A stretch of DNA of 32,000 nt. Origin: an uncultured archaeon. Its GTDB lineage: Archaea; Iainarchaeota; Iainarchaeia; Iainarchaeales; 0-14-0-20-30-16. This document shows, piece by piece, positions 8,576 through 17,363 of this stretch. The stretch is taken from the NCBI GenBank assembly GCA_964595665.1, contig CAZQQS010000003.1:1-32000 (forward strand), written 5' to 3'. The position numbers were made by a program, and so were the translations under genes. Below the pieces are notes generated by a model that had not been told where the DNA came from, did not search any database, and was given only the letters and a program-made list of their open reading frames with translations. Position 1 is the first letter of the stretch. The number at the start of each line of letters is the position of its first letter.

Positions 8576-8776
8576 ATGGCTTTTAAGGACTTTATGAAGA
8601 AGTTAGTTCCAAAAATAGGGAAAGAAGAAGAAAAAGTAGAAGAAACTATTTCGGAAGATGCTTCTGAAAAATGTGCTTTTTGTCAGGGCGAGAATCCTGA
8701 TAAAAAATGGTTAGGCCAAAAATGGCATAATAATTGTTTAAGAAAAGCAAAAAAGATGGCTAAGAAGGCATTATAA
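8576..8776 (+). CDS. Small Lys/Glu-rich zinc-binding protein (CxxC...WHxxC, half-LIM-like knuckle); hypothetical
   Basis: ATG at 8576 is preferred over TTG at 8561. The motif is CAFCQGENPDKKWLGQKWHNNC, followed by a basic tail. Confidence 0.45.
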   Translation: MAFKDFMKKLVPKIGKEEEKVEETISEDASEKCAFCQGENPDKKWLGQKWHNNCLRKAKKMAKKAL

Positions 8777-9048
8777 TGTTTTGGAAAAATTTATATGATT
8801 CAATATCAAGGCTATTTGATAATTTATGGAAGTTTGCAGGTAAAACTACATCCATATTAGTTGCATTTGTATTTATCGTTTTTTCTTTGGGAACTTTGTT
8901 TGGGTATTTTATAGCATTATCTTCTAATTTAAGACCTGAAATGACTTTTTTATTGTTAATACCCCCAATATTAGGAATATTTTCATATTATTATAGAACA
9001 TTAGCAACATTATTATTTATTGTTTTTTTAATAATAATTTTAATTTAA
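8776..9048 (+). CDS. Small multi-TM membrane protein; hypothetical
   Basis: TAATG stop/start overlap with the upstream gene (8774-8778). It has two to three hydrophobic helices. Its 3' end overlaps valS convergently by 9 nt. Confidence 0.45.
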   Translation: MFWKNLYDSISRLFDNLWKFAGKTTSILVAFVFIVFSLGTLFGYFIALSSNLRPEMTFLLLIPPILGIFSYYYRTLATLLFIVFLIIILI

Positions 9049-11397
9049 AGAATATTCTTTATCTATTATATAAGTTATATTCTTAACAAATAAGATCTTT
9101 TCTATTTCTTTTCGTTCATCATCTTCTATAGGATACTTTACTTTTAAAGAAATATTTTCTATTTCTGCTTTCATAGATAAATTATTTTCACTTTTGTATT
9201 TTCTAATTAAAGTAATAACTTCTTTAAAATTTTCTCCTTTTGACAATATAGTTTCATTTACGGCTTTATTTTCAGTCCAATTAAGATTTATCAAGGTATT
9301 TTCTTTTACATATTTTTTGAATATGTTTTGGTAAATTTCTTCAGTAGTAAATGGTAAGAATATATTAAATTGATTTAGTATTTCTAAAGATACTTTGAAT
9401 ATTGTTGATGCTAATTCTTGTTTTTCTTTATCTGAGCCATTATAAAATCTATATTTTATAAATTCTAAATAATTATCACAAAAATCAAAGTAAAAGAAAT
9501 CTCTAATTCTTTGTATAGCGTGTGAGTAATCCATTTTTTCTAAATCTTCAATATTTAATTTATTTATAGAATATAGTTTTTCTAGTATCCAAGTATCAAT
9601 AAAATTCTCTGATTTTATTTCTGGAATAGTTTCAAAATCTTTTATTGCCAAATTAACAAAATTCATTGAATTCTCTAATTTAATTATTAGTTTTCTTGCA
9701 GTTAACATTTCTTTTTCCGAGTAAGAAATATCATCTCCTAAAGTTACTTGCGCACACCAATACCTAAAAGCATCTTTACCAAACTTATCCAATAATTCTT
9801 GAGGTGCAATAATGTTACCTTTACTTTTAGACATTTTGTCTCCTTTAGAATCTACTACATATCCATTAATCATTAATGTATTCCAAGGTAATTTACCTAA
9901 ATGATATAATGTTTTAACTATAGTATTAAATGCCCATAAAGTAATGATATCTTGACCTTGTGGTCTCATACTCATAGGAATTACATTAGAAACATCTTTA
10001 TCTGGCCAACCCATATTAATTAAAGGTGTTAAAGCACTTGTAGACCAAGTATCCATTATACTTTTATCAGCTATAAATTCATTAGAGCCGCAGTCACATT
10101 TATTTTTAGGATAAGATTCTTCAGGATATATTGGTAAATCCTTAATATCTGCAAATATTGGTTTATTACATGATTTACAATACCATACAGGAAATGGAAC
10201 TCCATAGAATCTATCTCTTGATATGCACCAATCCCATTGTAAATTTTTAACCCAATTATCATATCTAATTTTCATATGTTTTGGAATCCAACTAATTTTA
10301 TTTGCCTCTTCTATAAAAAATTCTTTATCTTTTAAATAATCAATATACCATTGATCATTAACTAATATTTCTACAGGGCTTAAACATCTTTCATGACAGT
10401 TTACTGCGTGATTTATTTGTTTTTGATCTTTTAATAAATTTTCTTTTTTCAAATCTTCAATTATTTCTTTTCTTGCATCTTCTATTTTTAAACCAGCATA
10501 TTTTCCACAAATATCCGTCATTAGTCCATTATTAGTAATAGCTTCTTTTAAATCCAAATTATATGCTTTGTACCATTCCATATCTGTTTGATCTCCGAAA
10601 GTACAGCACATTACAATTCCTGAACCTTTATTTATATCAACTTTATTATCGGCTAATATTTTTACTTTTTGATTAAATAAAGGTACTATTGCATTTTTTC
10701 CTATTAAATTTTTATATCTATTATCTTCTGGATTAACAAATATTGCAACACATGCGGGTAAAAATTCTGGACGAGTAGTTGCAATTATTATTTCTTTTCC
10801 ATCTTCTAATTTGAAAATTAAATCATTAAAATAAGTGCTTTTCTCTAAATCTACTAATTCAGCTTGAGATATTGCTGTTTGACATTTAGTACAAAATAGA
10901 ATAGGACCTTTTTTTCTATATATTTTTCCTTTAGAATATAAATCCAAAAAAGAATATTGTGCTACTCTAACAACTTCAGGAGATATAGTTCTATATAATA
11001 AATTCCAATCACAAGATAAACCCAATTTATTAAAATCAGAGTGTAATTCTTCTTCCGCTTCCTTAGTATGTTTTAAGCATAATTCAATAAACTTACTTTT
11101 TTCTAAATCCTTAGCTCTTATTTTTGCTAATTTTTCAACTAATAATTCAGTAGCTATTCCATTATCATCTAATCCAAAAGGATAAAATACATTATAACCC
11201 ATTTTTCTTTTAAATCTTGCAATAAAATCTGGCAAAACATATGAATAAGCGTGTCCAATATGCATTTTTCCAGAAACTGTTGGAGGAGGAGTATCTATAC
11301 TAAATATTTTTTTAGTATTGTCTTCAATGTATTTGTATACCTTATTCTCTTTCCAAATATTTTCAACTTTAGTCTCAATTTCTTTAAAATCTTGCAT
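9040..11397 (-). CDS. valS: Valyl-tRNA synthetase (class Ia; compact form)
   Basis: HIGH region PPPTVSGKMHIGHA and KMSKS region DKMSKSKGN. CP1 editing-domain strings TTRPEFLPACVAIFVNPED and CTFGDQTD. Also WCISRDRFYGVPFPVW. The Val versus Leu/Ile assignment rests on motif flavour only. Confidence 0.75.
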   Translation of the reverse strand: MQDFKEIETKVENIWKENKVYKYIEDNTKKIFSIDTPPPTVSGKMHIGHAYSYVLPDFIARFKRKMGYNVFYPFGLDDNGIATELLVEKLAKIRAKDLEKSKFIELCLKHTKEAEEELHSDFNKLGLSCDWNLLYRTISPEVVRVAQYSFLDLYSKGKIYRKKGPILFCTKCQTAISQAELVDLEKSTYFNDLIFKLEDGKEIIIATTRPEFLPACVAIFVNPEDNRYKNLIGKNAIVPLFNQKVKILADNKVDINKGSGIVMCCTFGDQTDMEWYKAYNLDLKEAITNNGLMTDICGKYAGLKIEDARKEIIEDLKKENLLKDQKQINHAVNCHERCLSPVEILVNDQWYIDYLKDKEFFIEEANKISWIPKHMKIRYDNWVKNLQWDWCISRDRFYGVPFPVWYCKSCNKPIFADIKDLPIYPEESYPKNKCDCGSNEFIADKSIMDTWSTSALTPLINMGWPDKDVSNVIPMSMRPQGQDIITLWAFNTIVKTLYHLGKLPWNTLMINGYVVDSKGDKMSKSKGNIIAPQELLDKFGKDAFRYWCAQVTLGDDISYSEKEMLTARKLIIKLENSMNFVNLAIKDFETIPEIKSENFIDTWILEKLYSINKLNIEDLEKMDYSHAIQRIRDFFYFDFCDNYLEFIKYRFYNGSDKEKQELASTIFKVSLEILNQFNIFLPFTTEEIYQNIFKKYVKENTLINLNWTENKAVNETILSKGENFKEVITLIRKYKSENNLSMKAEIENISLKVKYPIEDDERKEIEKILFVKNITYIIDKEYSLN

Positions 11398-11453
11398 TTA
11401 AATCACTCATTTCAATATATTTATTTTAATAAAAAATCTAAGAATTTAGGGTA

Positions 11454-14400
11454 TTACAAATATGCTATTAATTGTCCTTCTTTATATTTAAAAGAACCAT
11501 ATATTTTATTTTCTTTAGATTTTAAGAATTCAGGGATAGGTTGTTTTTTAATAGAATCCCATAATAATCCTTTAGTAACGTGTATTATTCCTTCATTAGT
11601 TAATGCGTAACCAACATTATCAAAAAATTCTATAATTTCCCCTTTACCAAAATTGATTATTATTCCGTTAGTTGTTTTTTCTAAAATACCTTTTTTTCCA
11701 TTAATTTCGATAATATTGGTTTCAGTTAATATTTTTCTTTTTTGGTTTTGAATAAATTCAAGAATATTTCTAGAGAATTTTTTAGATAATATACTCCTTA
11801 AAAATTTATTTAATTCAGAATTTATTTTCGATCTTTCTTCAGAATTAAGTTCTACATTATTTTCTTGTTTATTAGTTTTATTTTCATTTAACATATTATT
11901 TGGATTTTTTCTTAAAGTTTCCCAAACAAAAAAATCTAAATCTAATACTTTTTTAGGATCTAGTAATATTTCTAAAAGTTTTCTAAAATCTTTGCCAATA
12001 AATCTTGATTGATTTTCAGCAATTGTTTTCATAGATTCTAATATTAATCTACTTCTTTCAGCTAAATCAAAGAAATCCAAATAAAAATTACTAGATTTAT
12101 TTAAATCATTATTTAAGAATTCTTTTAAATTATTATAACTTTTTTCAAATTCTTTAATATTAAATTTTTTAATTAGATCTACTATATCTTTAGAATATTC
12201 TAATCGTCTAATATTTGAACTTAAATCTGTTGCACTTTTTAAAACTGATTCAAATTTAGATATTTCTTTTTTATTCTTAATTCCAGATAATTCCATAAAT
12301 TTATCTATATTGTTTTCTTTTAACGCATTTGATAATTCAAAAAATAAACCAGGTTCGCCTATAGTATACATGGGTTCTTCTTTAATAATTGCTTTTTTTG
12401 TTTTCTTAGGATTTAGTAATTGTTTCATTTGTTCTAAACTATCATATAACCTTTTTCCAGATAATCCTAAAACTTTATTTAAGTAATTAATTCTTTCTTG
12501 TCCAAATAAATTTCTTGCATCTGCAAATCTATTTAATATGTTCCAAGATTCTAAATCTATGTTTTCTGGATGTGTTGTTCTTTTATTTGATAACACATCT
12601 GTAATAAAACTATTTAGATTATTCGAATCAGAAATACTTTTTTCTCTTTTTAACCAAAATAATAATTCTTGAGTTTGGCTGTCATTAAATTTATCTGGAT
12701 TATCTTTTGCTTTTAAAAGAGTTTTTCCAAATTTCTCAAAACCAGCAGATAATTCTTCTAATTCTAAAACTTCTTCTTGAGTTAATTTAGTTCTTAAATG
12801 TCTTGTAGCAAAATTAATTTCTTTTGCTAAAGCAATTATTGATTCTGGCCTAATTACTTGAATTAGTTCAAAAATACTTCTAATATTTGAGATGTTTAAA
12901 TTATTGATCATTTCAAATCGTTTTATATAATTTTCTTTTTGTTGTTCAAAAGGAGTTCTGTAATCCAAATCTTTACCTATTGGATTTACTTCTCCGTTAG
13001 TTTTTGGCCTATTTTTTAATATTTTGCTTAATATGTCTCTTGCTTTAGGTTCATCTTTTTCAAGTAATCTTCTAAAAAAATCAGACAATCTTTTTTTATC
13101 TTTTGCACCAATTTTTTTTATTTCTATTAAATAATCTAAATGTGCATTATATTCAATCATTAATTCTATTCCTTCTCTACTTAGCTCAGAAGGTTTTTTA
13201 GCAAATCTTTCTAAACTTGTATTTTCACTTTTTAATTCTCTAGTAGGTTTAATACTTGTTTCAGGATTAGAGTATTTTTTAACTCTTGGACGAATATCTT
13301 CGCCATTAATTGAATCTTTTAATCTAACAGGTAAATGTTCCAATTCTCCTGGTTTTTCTATTTCTGGATATGTTGCTCTTCTTTTATTACCTTCATTAAT
13401 ATCTATTCTTTCATTTGTTTTTAATGAATAATCTGTTGGGAATAAATTAGAAACATCTCTAATGATTTCTCTTTCATCTATAACGTAAGGTTGAGTTTTT
13501 GCTAAATTTCTTAAATTCTTTATTAAAAATTCTTTTAATGCATCCAAATCAATTTCTTGAACTTTACCTCTTAATTTTTCAGCAGCAGTTCTTGCTTTTT
13601 GAACTTTATCTTTTAGGAATTCAGTAATAATTTGAGTTCTTGTTTTTTTAGTTTGTTTTTTAGTTTTTTGTAATATTTCTAAAACCCCTTTCCAAACATC
13701 ATTAAATTCTTTGTTTTGTCTTTCTATATCTGACATTCGAACTAATTCTTTTCCTTTTGTAACTGGACCTTGATATTCTTTGCTATCGTATGTTGGTCTA
13801 ACTTCTTTTGGAATTCGAGTATCAATAACTTCTCTTTTATTGCCTATATTTACTGGTTTATAAGTATGTATTACTCTATCACCATCAACAGTTACTATTG
13901 GATCTTCAGTTGTAGGTGTTTTTGTATTTTTAGGTTCTGGTTTTGTTGTTTCTGAGGCTTTAGGGCTAGTATTCGAACCATTTCTTTCTGTTATTCCAAC
14001 AGAATTTCTTTCTGGTTTAAATTTAGGATTAAATTTTCTTACCAATGTTAAAGTAGGATCTAATAATTGTAATAATAATTGAGTAGAATGGAATTGATTT
14101 TCTAAACTTAATCTATTTATATCAAATATTTCTCTTACAAAAAGGTTTATCGAGAATTCCATATACAAATCTTTTATTTTTATTTCTAAAGGTTTATTAG
14201 AATTTAAAATTTTAGTAATTTTATCTAAAGCACCATATTTTTGAAATTTTTCTCTTAATATTATTACTGGGTGTTTTGTTCTATCTGCAACACTCACATT
14301 ATATCCACTATTGCCTTTAAAATATTTTCTAAATGAATCTCTTACTTCACTAGACATAGGTTTTTCAGGAGTAACTATAACTTTTGGGAATTGTGCGTGT

Positions 14401-14465
14401 GTAAATGAACCATAAGTTGGTTTTTTATTTGGTTTTCTAGAAATATTTCTGGGTTTAGGAGCCAT
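11454..14465 (-). CDS. Large (1003 aa) Lys/Glu-rich cytoplasmic orphan protein
   Basis: Uninterrupted ORF with an ATG start. No signal peptide, TM segment or catalytic motif is recognisable. It lies 56 nt upstream of valS on the same strand. Confidence 0.7.
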   Translation of the reverse strand: MAPKPRNISRKPNKKPTYGSFTHAQFPKVIVTPEKPMSSEVRDSFRKYFKGNSGYNVSVADRTKHPVIILREKFQKYGALDKITKILNSNKPLEIKIKDLYMEFSINLFVREIFDINRLSLENQFHSTQLLLQLLDPTLTLVRKFNPKFKPERNSVGITERNGSNTSPKASETTKPEPKNTKTPTTEDPIVTVDGDRVIHTYKPVNIGNKREVIDTRIPKEVRPTYDSKEYQGPVTKGKELVRMSDIERQNKEFNDVWKGVLEILQKTKKQTKKTRTQIITEFLKDKVQKARTAAEKLRGKVQEIDLDALKEFLIKNLRNLAKTQPYVIDEREIIRDVSNLFPTDYSLKTNERIDINEGNKRRATYPEIEKPGELEHLPVRLKDSINGEDIRPRVKKYSNPETSIKPTRELKSENTSLERFAKKPSELSREGIELMIEYNAHLDYLIEIKKIGAKDKKRLSDFFRRLLEKDEPKARDILSKILKNRPKTNGEVNPIGKDLDYRTPFEQQKENYIKRFEMINNLNISNIRSIFELIQVIRPESIIALAKEINFATRHLRTKLTQEEVLELEELSAGFEKFGKTLLKAKDNPDKFNDSQTQELLFWLKREKSISDSNNLNSFITDVLSNKRTTHPENIDLESWNILNRFADARNLFGQERINYLNKVLGLSGKRLYDSLEQMKQLLNPKKTKKAIIKEEPMYTIGEPGLFFELSNALKENNIDKFMELSGIKNKKEISKFESVLKSATDLSSNIRRLEYSKDIVDLIKKFNIKEFEKSYNNLKEFLNNDLNKSSNFYLDFFDLAERSRLILESMKTIAENQSRFIGKDFRKLLEILLDPKKVLDLDFFVWETLRKNPNNMLNENKTNKQENNVELNSEERSKINSELNKFLRSILSKKFSRNILEFIQNQKRKILTETNIIEINGKKGILEKTTNGIIINFGKGEIIEFFDNVGYALTNEGIIHVTKGLLWDSIKKQPIPEFLKSKENKIYGSFKYKEGQLIAYL

Positions 14466-14578
14466 AATAATACCTTCAAATATAAATCAATAATATATAC
14501 TACAAATATATACTATAAATACTTTTATATAAATTCCTATTTAAATATATATCTATAACTTTTATGTGAGTGATTTAT

Positions 14579-16024
14579 ATGAGTGATTTAATAAACCTAG
14601 CATTAAGAAGAAATATTTTTTATCCTTGTAATGAGATTTATTCTAATAGTCCTGCTGGATTTTATGATTATGGTCCAATAGGTTTGAAGATAAAAACAAA
14701 TATTGTAGAATTTTGGAGAAATGAATTATTAAATTCATTTGAGGCATTAGAAATAGATGGTTGTCAAATTTTACCCGAACCAATATTCAAAGCATCTGGG
14801 CATTTAGATAGTTTTTATGATCCTGTTGTTAAATGTAGTAAATGTGGTTTATTTTATAGAGTTGATAAATTATTAGAAAGCAAAGTAGAAGTTGGAGAAA
14901 AAACTGATTTAAAAGTTTTGGATGATTTGATTGTAGAACACAAATTGAAATGTGAAAAATGTAAATCTAATTTTGAGAAATCATTTCATTTTAATATGAT
15001 GTTTAAATTAAATGTTGGAGTTGGAGCAAATAATTCTGCATATTTAAGACCCGAAGCTTGTCAAAATATTTTTTTAGATTTTTTAAGAATTTATAAAGGT
15101 TCTAGAAAGAATTTACCTTTGGCTATAGCTCAAATAGGAAAAGCGTTTAGAAATGAAATCTCTCCGAGAAATGGATTATTAAGAACTAGAGAATTCTCGC
15201 AAATGGATATTGAATTCTTTTTTGATTCTGAGGAAATAAATAATTTTTCATTAGAGAAATATTATAATTTGGAAATACCAGTTAAATTAGTTAATAGCCC
15301 AAAAGAACAAGAGTTTTTTACCTTAAAAGAATTGTTGGATAAAAAAATATTTAAATATGGTGTAGAGGCTTATTGTATTGCTAAGAATTATGATTTCTTT
15401 AAAAAAATTGGATTTTTAACAAAGGATATAAGATATAGAGAAGTTTCTTCTGAAGATAGGGCATTCTATTCTTTAGCTACGTGGGATTTAGAAGTTAAAT
15501 CTGAAGGAAATTGGGTAGAATTAATGGCCAATAACTATAGAACAGATCACGATTTGAAAGGTCATCAAAAAGAATCTAAAACTTCTTTAGAGGTTTTAAG
15601 TAATGAAAAGAAAGTATTACCTCACATATTTGAAATGTCTATGGGTACAGATAGATTATTTTATTGTTTGTTAAGTAATGCTTTGTCTACATTAAACGAA
15701 AAATCTGTTTTGAAATTAACTGCTAAAATTGCACCTTATAATTTTGCTATATTTCCTTTAGTTAATAAAGATGGTATTAATGATTTAGCTGAAGATTTGT
15801 ATAATGATTTAAAATCTAAATTTAAAGTAATTTACGATGATAAAGGTAGTATAGGTAAAAGATATGCTAGAATAGATGAAATTGGAATAAGGTATGCTAT
15901 AACTATAGATTATGATTCTAAAGAAAAAGGTATTTTAACAATTAGGGATTCTTGGACTACGAAACAAGAGAAAATAGATGTTAATTTATTAGAGAAAAAG
16001 ATGGCTGAATTACTATTAAAATAA
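14579..16024 (+). CDS. glyS: Glycyl-tRNA synthetase (archaeal/eukaryotic alpha2 type)
   Basis: Motifs FYDYGPIG, RPEACQNIF, IAQIGKAFRNEISPRNGLLRTREFSQMDIEFF, EMSMGTDRL, and an anticodon-binding tail YNFAIFPL...GKRYARIDEIG. ATG at 14579 is preferred over GTG at 14570. Confidence 0.9.
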   Translation: MSDLINLALRRNIFYPCNEIYSNSPAGFYDYGPIGLKIKTNIVEFWRNELLNSFEALEIDGCQILPEPIFKASGHLDSFYDPVVKCSKCGLFYRVDKLLESKVEVGEKTDLKVLDDLIVEHKLKCEKCKSNFEKSFHFNMMFKLNVGVGANNSAYLRPEACQNIFLDFLRIYKGSRKNLPLAIAQIGKAFRNEISPRNGLLRTREFSQMDIEFFFDSEEINNFSLEKYYNLEIPVKLVNSPKEQEFFTLKELLDKKIFKYGVEAYCIAKNYDFFKKIGFLTKDIRYREVSSEDRAFYSLATWDLEVKSEGNWVELMANNYRTDHDLKGHQKESKTSLEVLSNEKKVLPHIFEMSMGTDRLFYCLLSNALSTLNEKSVLKLTAKIAPYNFAIFPLVNKDGINDLAEDLYNDLKSKFKVIYDDKGSIGKRYARIDEIGIRYAITIDYDSKEKGILTIRDSWTTKQEKIDVNLLEKKMAELLLK

Positions 16025-16189
16025 CTCAAATAGTTAATATTAGTATTTATGGTAATTATTTAGCTTTAGAGTATAAAAAACCTAAGAGTAATTACTTTAT
16101 TGTTAAGAAAACATAAGTTTTTTTCAAATTTGGTTTAGAAAGTTAAATAAGTTGTTTTTAAATACTGTTGTAAAGTAATACTATAAGAA

Positions 16190-16285
16190 ACATTTGATAT
16201 TTGATGTTTCGCCTTCCAACTTTAGGTTTGGAGCTAAACTGTTGAACAGGTCCCTGGCTCTCCAAGCCTTTCTCCTCTTTTTTTA
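16190..16285 (+). ncRNA. Candidate small structured RNA (unclassified)
   Basis: This is the only GC-enriched noncoding patch in the window (about 16209-16275). A 9-bp helix pairs 16225-16233 with 16260-16268. An alternative 6-bp helix pairs 16214-16219 with 16228-16233. Both helices include a G-U pair that works only in plus-strand RNA. A T7 run lies at 16278-16284, and a TATA-like tttaaata lies at 16158-16165. Confidence 0.2.
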
Positions 16286-16291
16286 TTTTAT

Positions 16292-17131
16292 TTATAGTAA
16301 ATCTAAAGGATTTTTTAGCTTTCTTAAGTCTTCGGTAGAGATTTGGGTATATATTTGAGTAGTAGCTATACTTGAGTGTCCTAAAAGCGTTTGTATAGCT
16401 CTTAAATTAGCCCCTTGCTCTAATAAATGTGTTGCTAAACTATGCCTTAAGCTGTGTGGGCTTATATCTTTTTTTATATTTGCTAATTTCGCACTTTCTT
16501 TTACAATTCTTTGTATACTATCTGATGAAAAAGGTTTGCCATTTAACTTAGCAAACACATATTCTGTAGAATGTTTCTTATTGTATTTTAATAAGTATTT
16601 TTTATAATCTTCAATCCAATTTTTAGATAAAATTACTGTTCTATCTTTATTTCCTTTACCAGAAATTACTTTTGCAGTGCATTCTTCAAAATTCAAAGAA
16701 TCTACTTTTAAGCTACATAATTCTGATACTCGAAGTCCAGCACTATACAACAATTCTAATATTAATCTGTTTCGGGTATCCCTAGTAAACAAAAACAATT
16801 TTTTTATTTCTTCTTTAGTTAATACGTTTGGCAAGTATTTTTCTTTTTTGGGTGCTTTAAATTCGTCCATTAGATTATTTCTCAAATAACCTTTGTATAA
16901 GAATTTTAAAATAAAGTAAATTAATGATAAAGAGGTATTAGTTAAATTATTTCGCTTTTGGGCTAGATATTTAGCCAAAAATTCGTGAACTTCTTTATTA
17001 GAGCTTTTCCAATCAATATTTTCTTTTTCTGCTTCTTTAATATAATCTTTAATATATAGTAAATATTGATCTATAGTTCTTTGAGTATATCCTTTAACAA
17101 TTAATTCATTTTTTATTTTTTCTAATTCCAT
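16292..17131 (-). CDS. xerA: Tyrosine recombinase, XerA/XerC/XerD-like
   Basis: N-terminal SAM-like core-binding domain. Catalytic region GLRVSELCSL...HSLRHSLATHLLEQGANLRAIQTLLGHSSIATTQIYTQ (R..HxxR..H..Y). Length is 279 aa. Confidence 0.85.
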   Translation of the reverse strand: MELEKIKNELIVKGYTQRTIDQYLLYIKDYIKEAEKENIDWKSSNKEVHEFLAKYLAQKRNNLTNTSLSLIYFILKFLYKGYLRNNLMDEFKAPKKEKYLPNVLTKEEIKKLFLFTRDTRNRLILELLYSAGLRVSELCSLKVDSLNFEECTAKVISGKGNKDRTVILSKNWIEDYKKYLLKYNKKHSTEYVFAKLNGKPFSSDSIQRIVKESAKLANIKKDISPHSLRHSLATHLLEQGANLRAIQTLLGHSSIATTQIYTQISTEDLRKLKNPLDLL

Positions 17132-17152
17132 ACTATAAAAACTTATAATACT

Positions 17153-17160
17153 TTAAATAT
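17153..17160 (-). promoter_or_regulatory. TATA-box-like element for leaderless xerA
   Basis: The minus strand reads atatttaa, centred about 25 nt upstream of ATG 17131. The AT-rich background makes this weak. Confidence 0.3.
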
Positions 17161-17273
17161 GGTTTCTTTATACATAAATATTTGTTTGAAGAAAAATAAT
17201 CTTAATTTAGTGAAAAAATAAGCTATTATTTAGAGTTATACTAATAAAATTAGAAAATTGTGAAGGAATTTTA

Positions 17274-17295
17274 CGGCATAATAATGATTATGCCG
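17274..17295. other. Perfect palindrome; candidate Xer (dif-like) core site
   Basis: cggcataa-taatga-ttatgccg has 8-bp inverted arms around a 6-nt centre (or 9-bp arms around a 4-nt centre). It lies 143 nt upstream of xerA and is the only G/C-containing palindrome in a 233-bp AT-rich spacer. Confidence 0.3.
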
Positions 17296-17363
17296 ATTTA
17301 TTGCAAATTAAAGCTAAAAATAAGAAAATAGGTTGTTCTAGATAAAAGATTATGTAGATAAGG

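Noticed and set aside
10071-10262. 63-aa minus-strand ORF nested in valS; also 11251..11610 (+) and 13770..13955 (+)
   Set aside because: The first is an alternative frame inside valS. The others are antisense to valS or the 1003-aa gene, or span their junction. Their composition is typical of AT-rich noise (Phe/Ile/Asn/Tyr-rich) and they have no start context.
14564-14590. Tandem duplication atGTGAGTGATTTA / tatGAGTGATTTA at the glyS start, including an ATG-TGA start-stop minimal ORF
   Set aside because: The valS upstream region carries the same GAGTGATTTA(A/T)ATG string, so this is the local SD-like initiation context. The second copy simply encodes Met-Ser-Asp-Leu. It is probably coincidence or a trivial slip, with no evidence of regulation.
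16055-16075. Direct repeat flanking xerA (attatttag..agagtata at 16055-16075 versus attatttagagttata at 17225-17240), as possible att sites of an integrated element
   Set aside because: The match is short, contains an indel and is pure AT-rich sequence, so a chance match is plausible. The bracketed 1.2 kb holds only the recombinase and no cargo. The recombinase has the size and motifs of chromosomal XerA rather than a phage integrase.
16200-16275. Tested the GC-rich spacer element as a tRNA, a split-tRNA half, a C/D-box sRNA or an H/ACA sRNA
   Set aside because: On neither strand is there acceptor-stem pairing, a T-arm with a GTTCRANYC-like loop or a 7-nt anticodon loop. There is only a near-C box (ttgatgt), no CUGA D box and no properly placed ACA. 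It is kept only as an unclassified ncRNA candidate.
16677-16889. 70-aa ORF antisense to xerA; likewise 17554..17760, 20205..20438, 21645..21872, 27627..27914 and 28056..28373
   Set aside because: Each is embedded antisense in a longer gene that is supported by motifs or topology. Stop-poor antisense frames are expected at this AT content.
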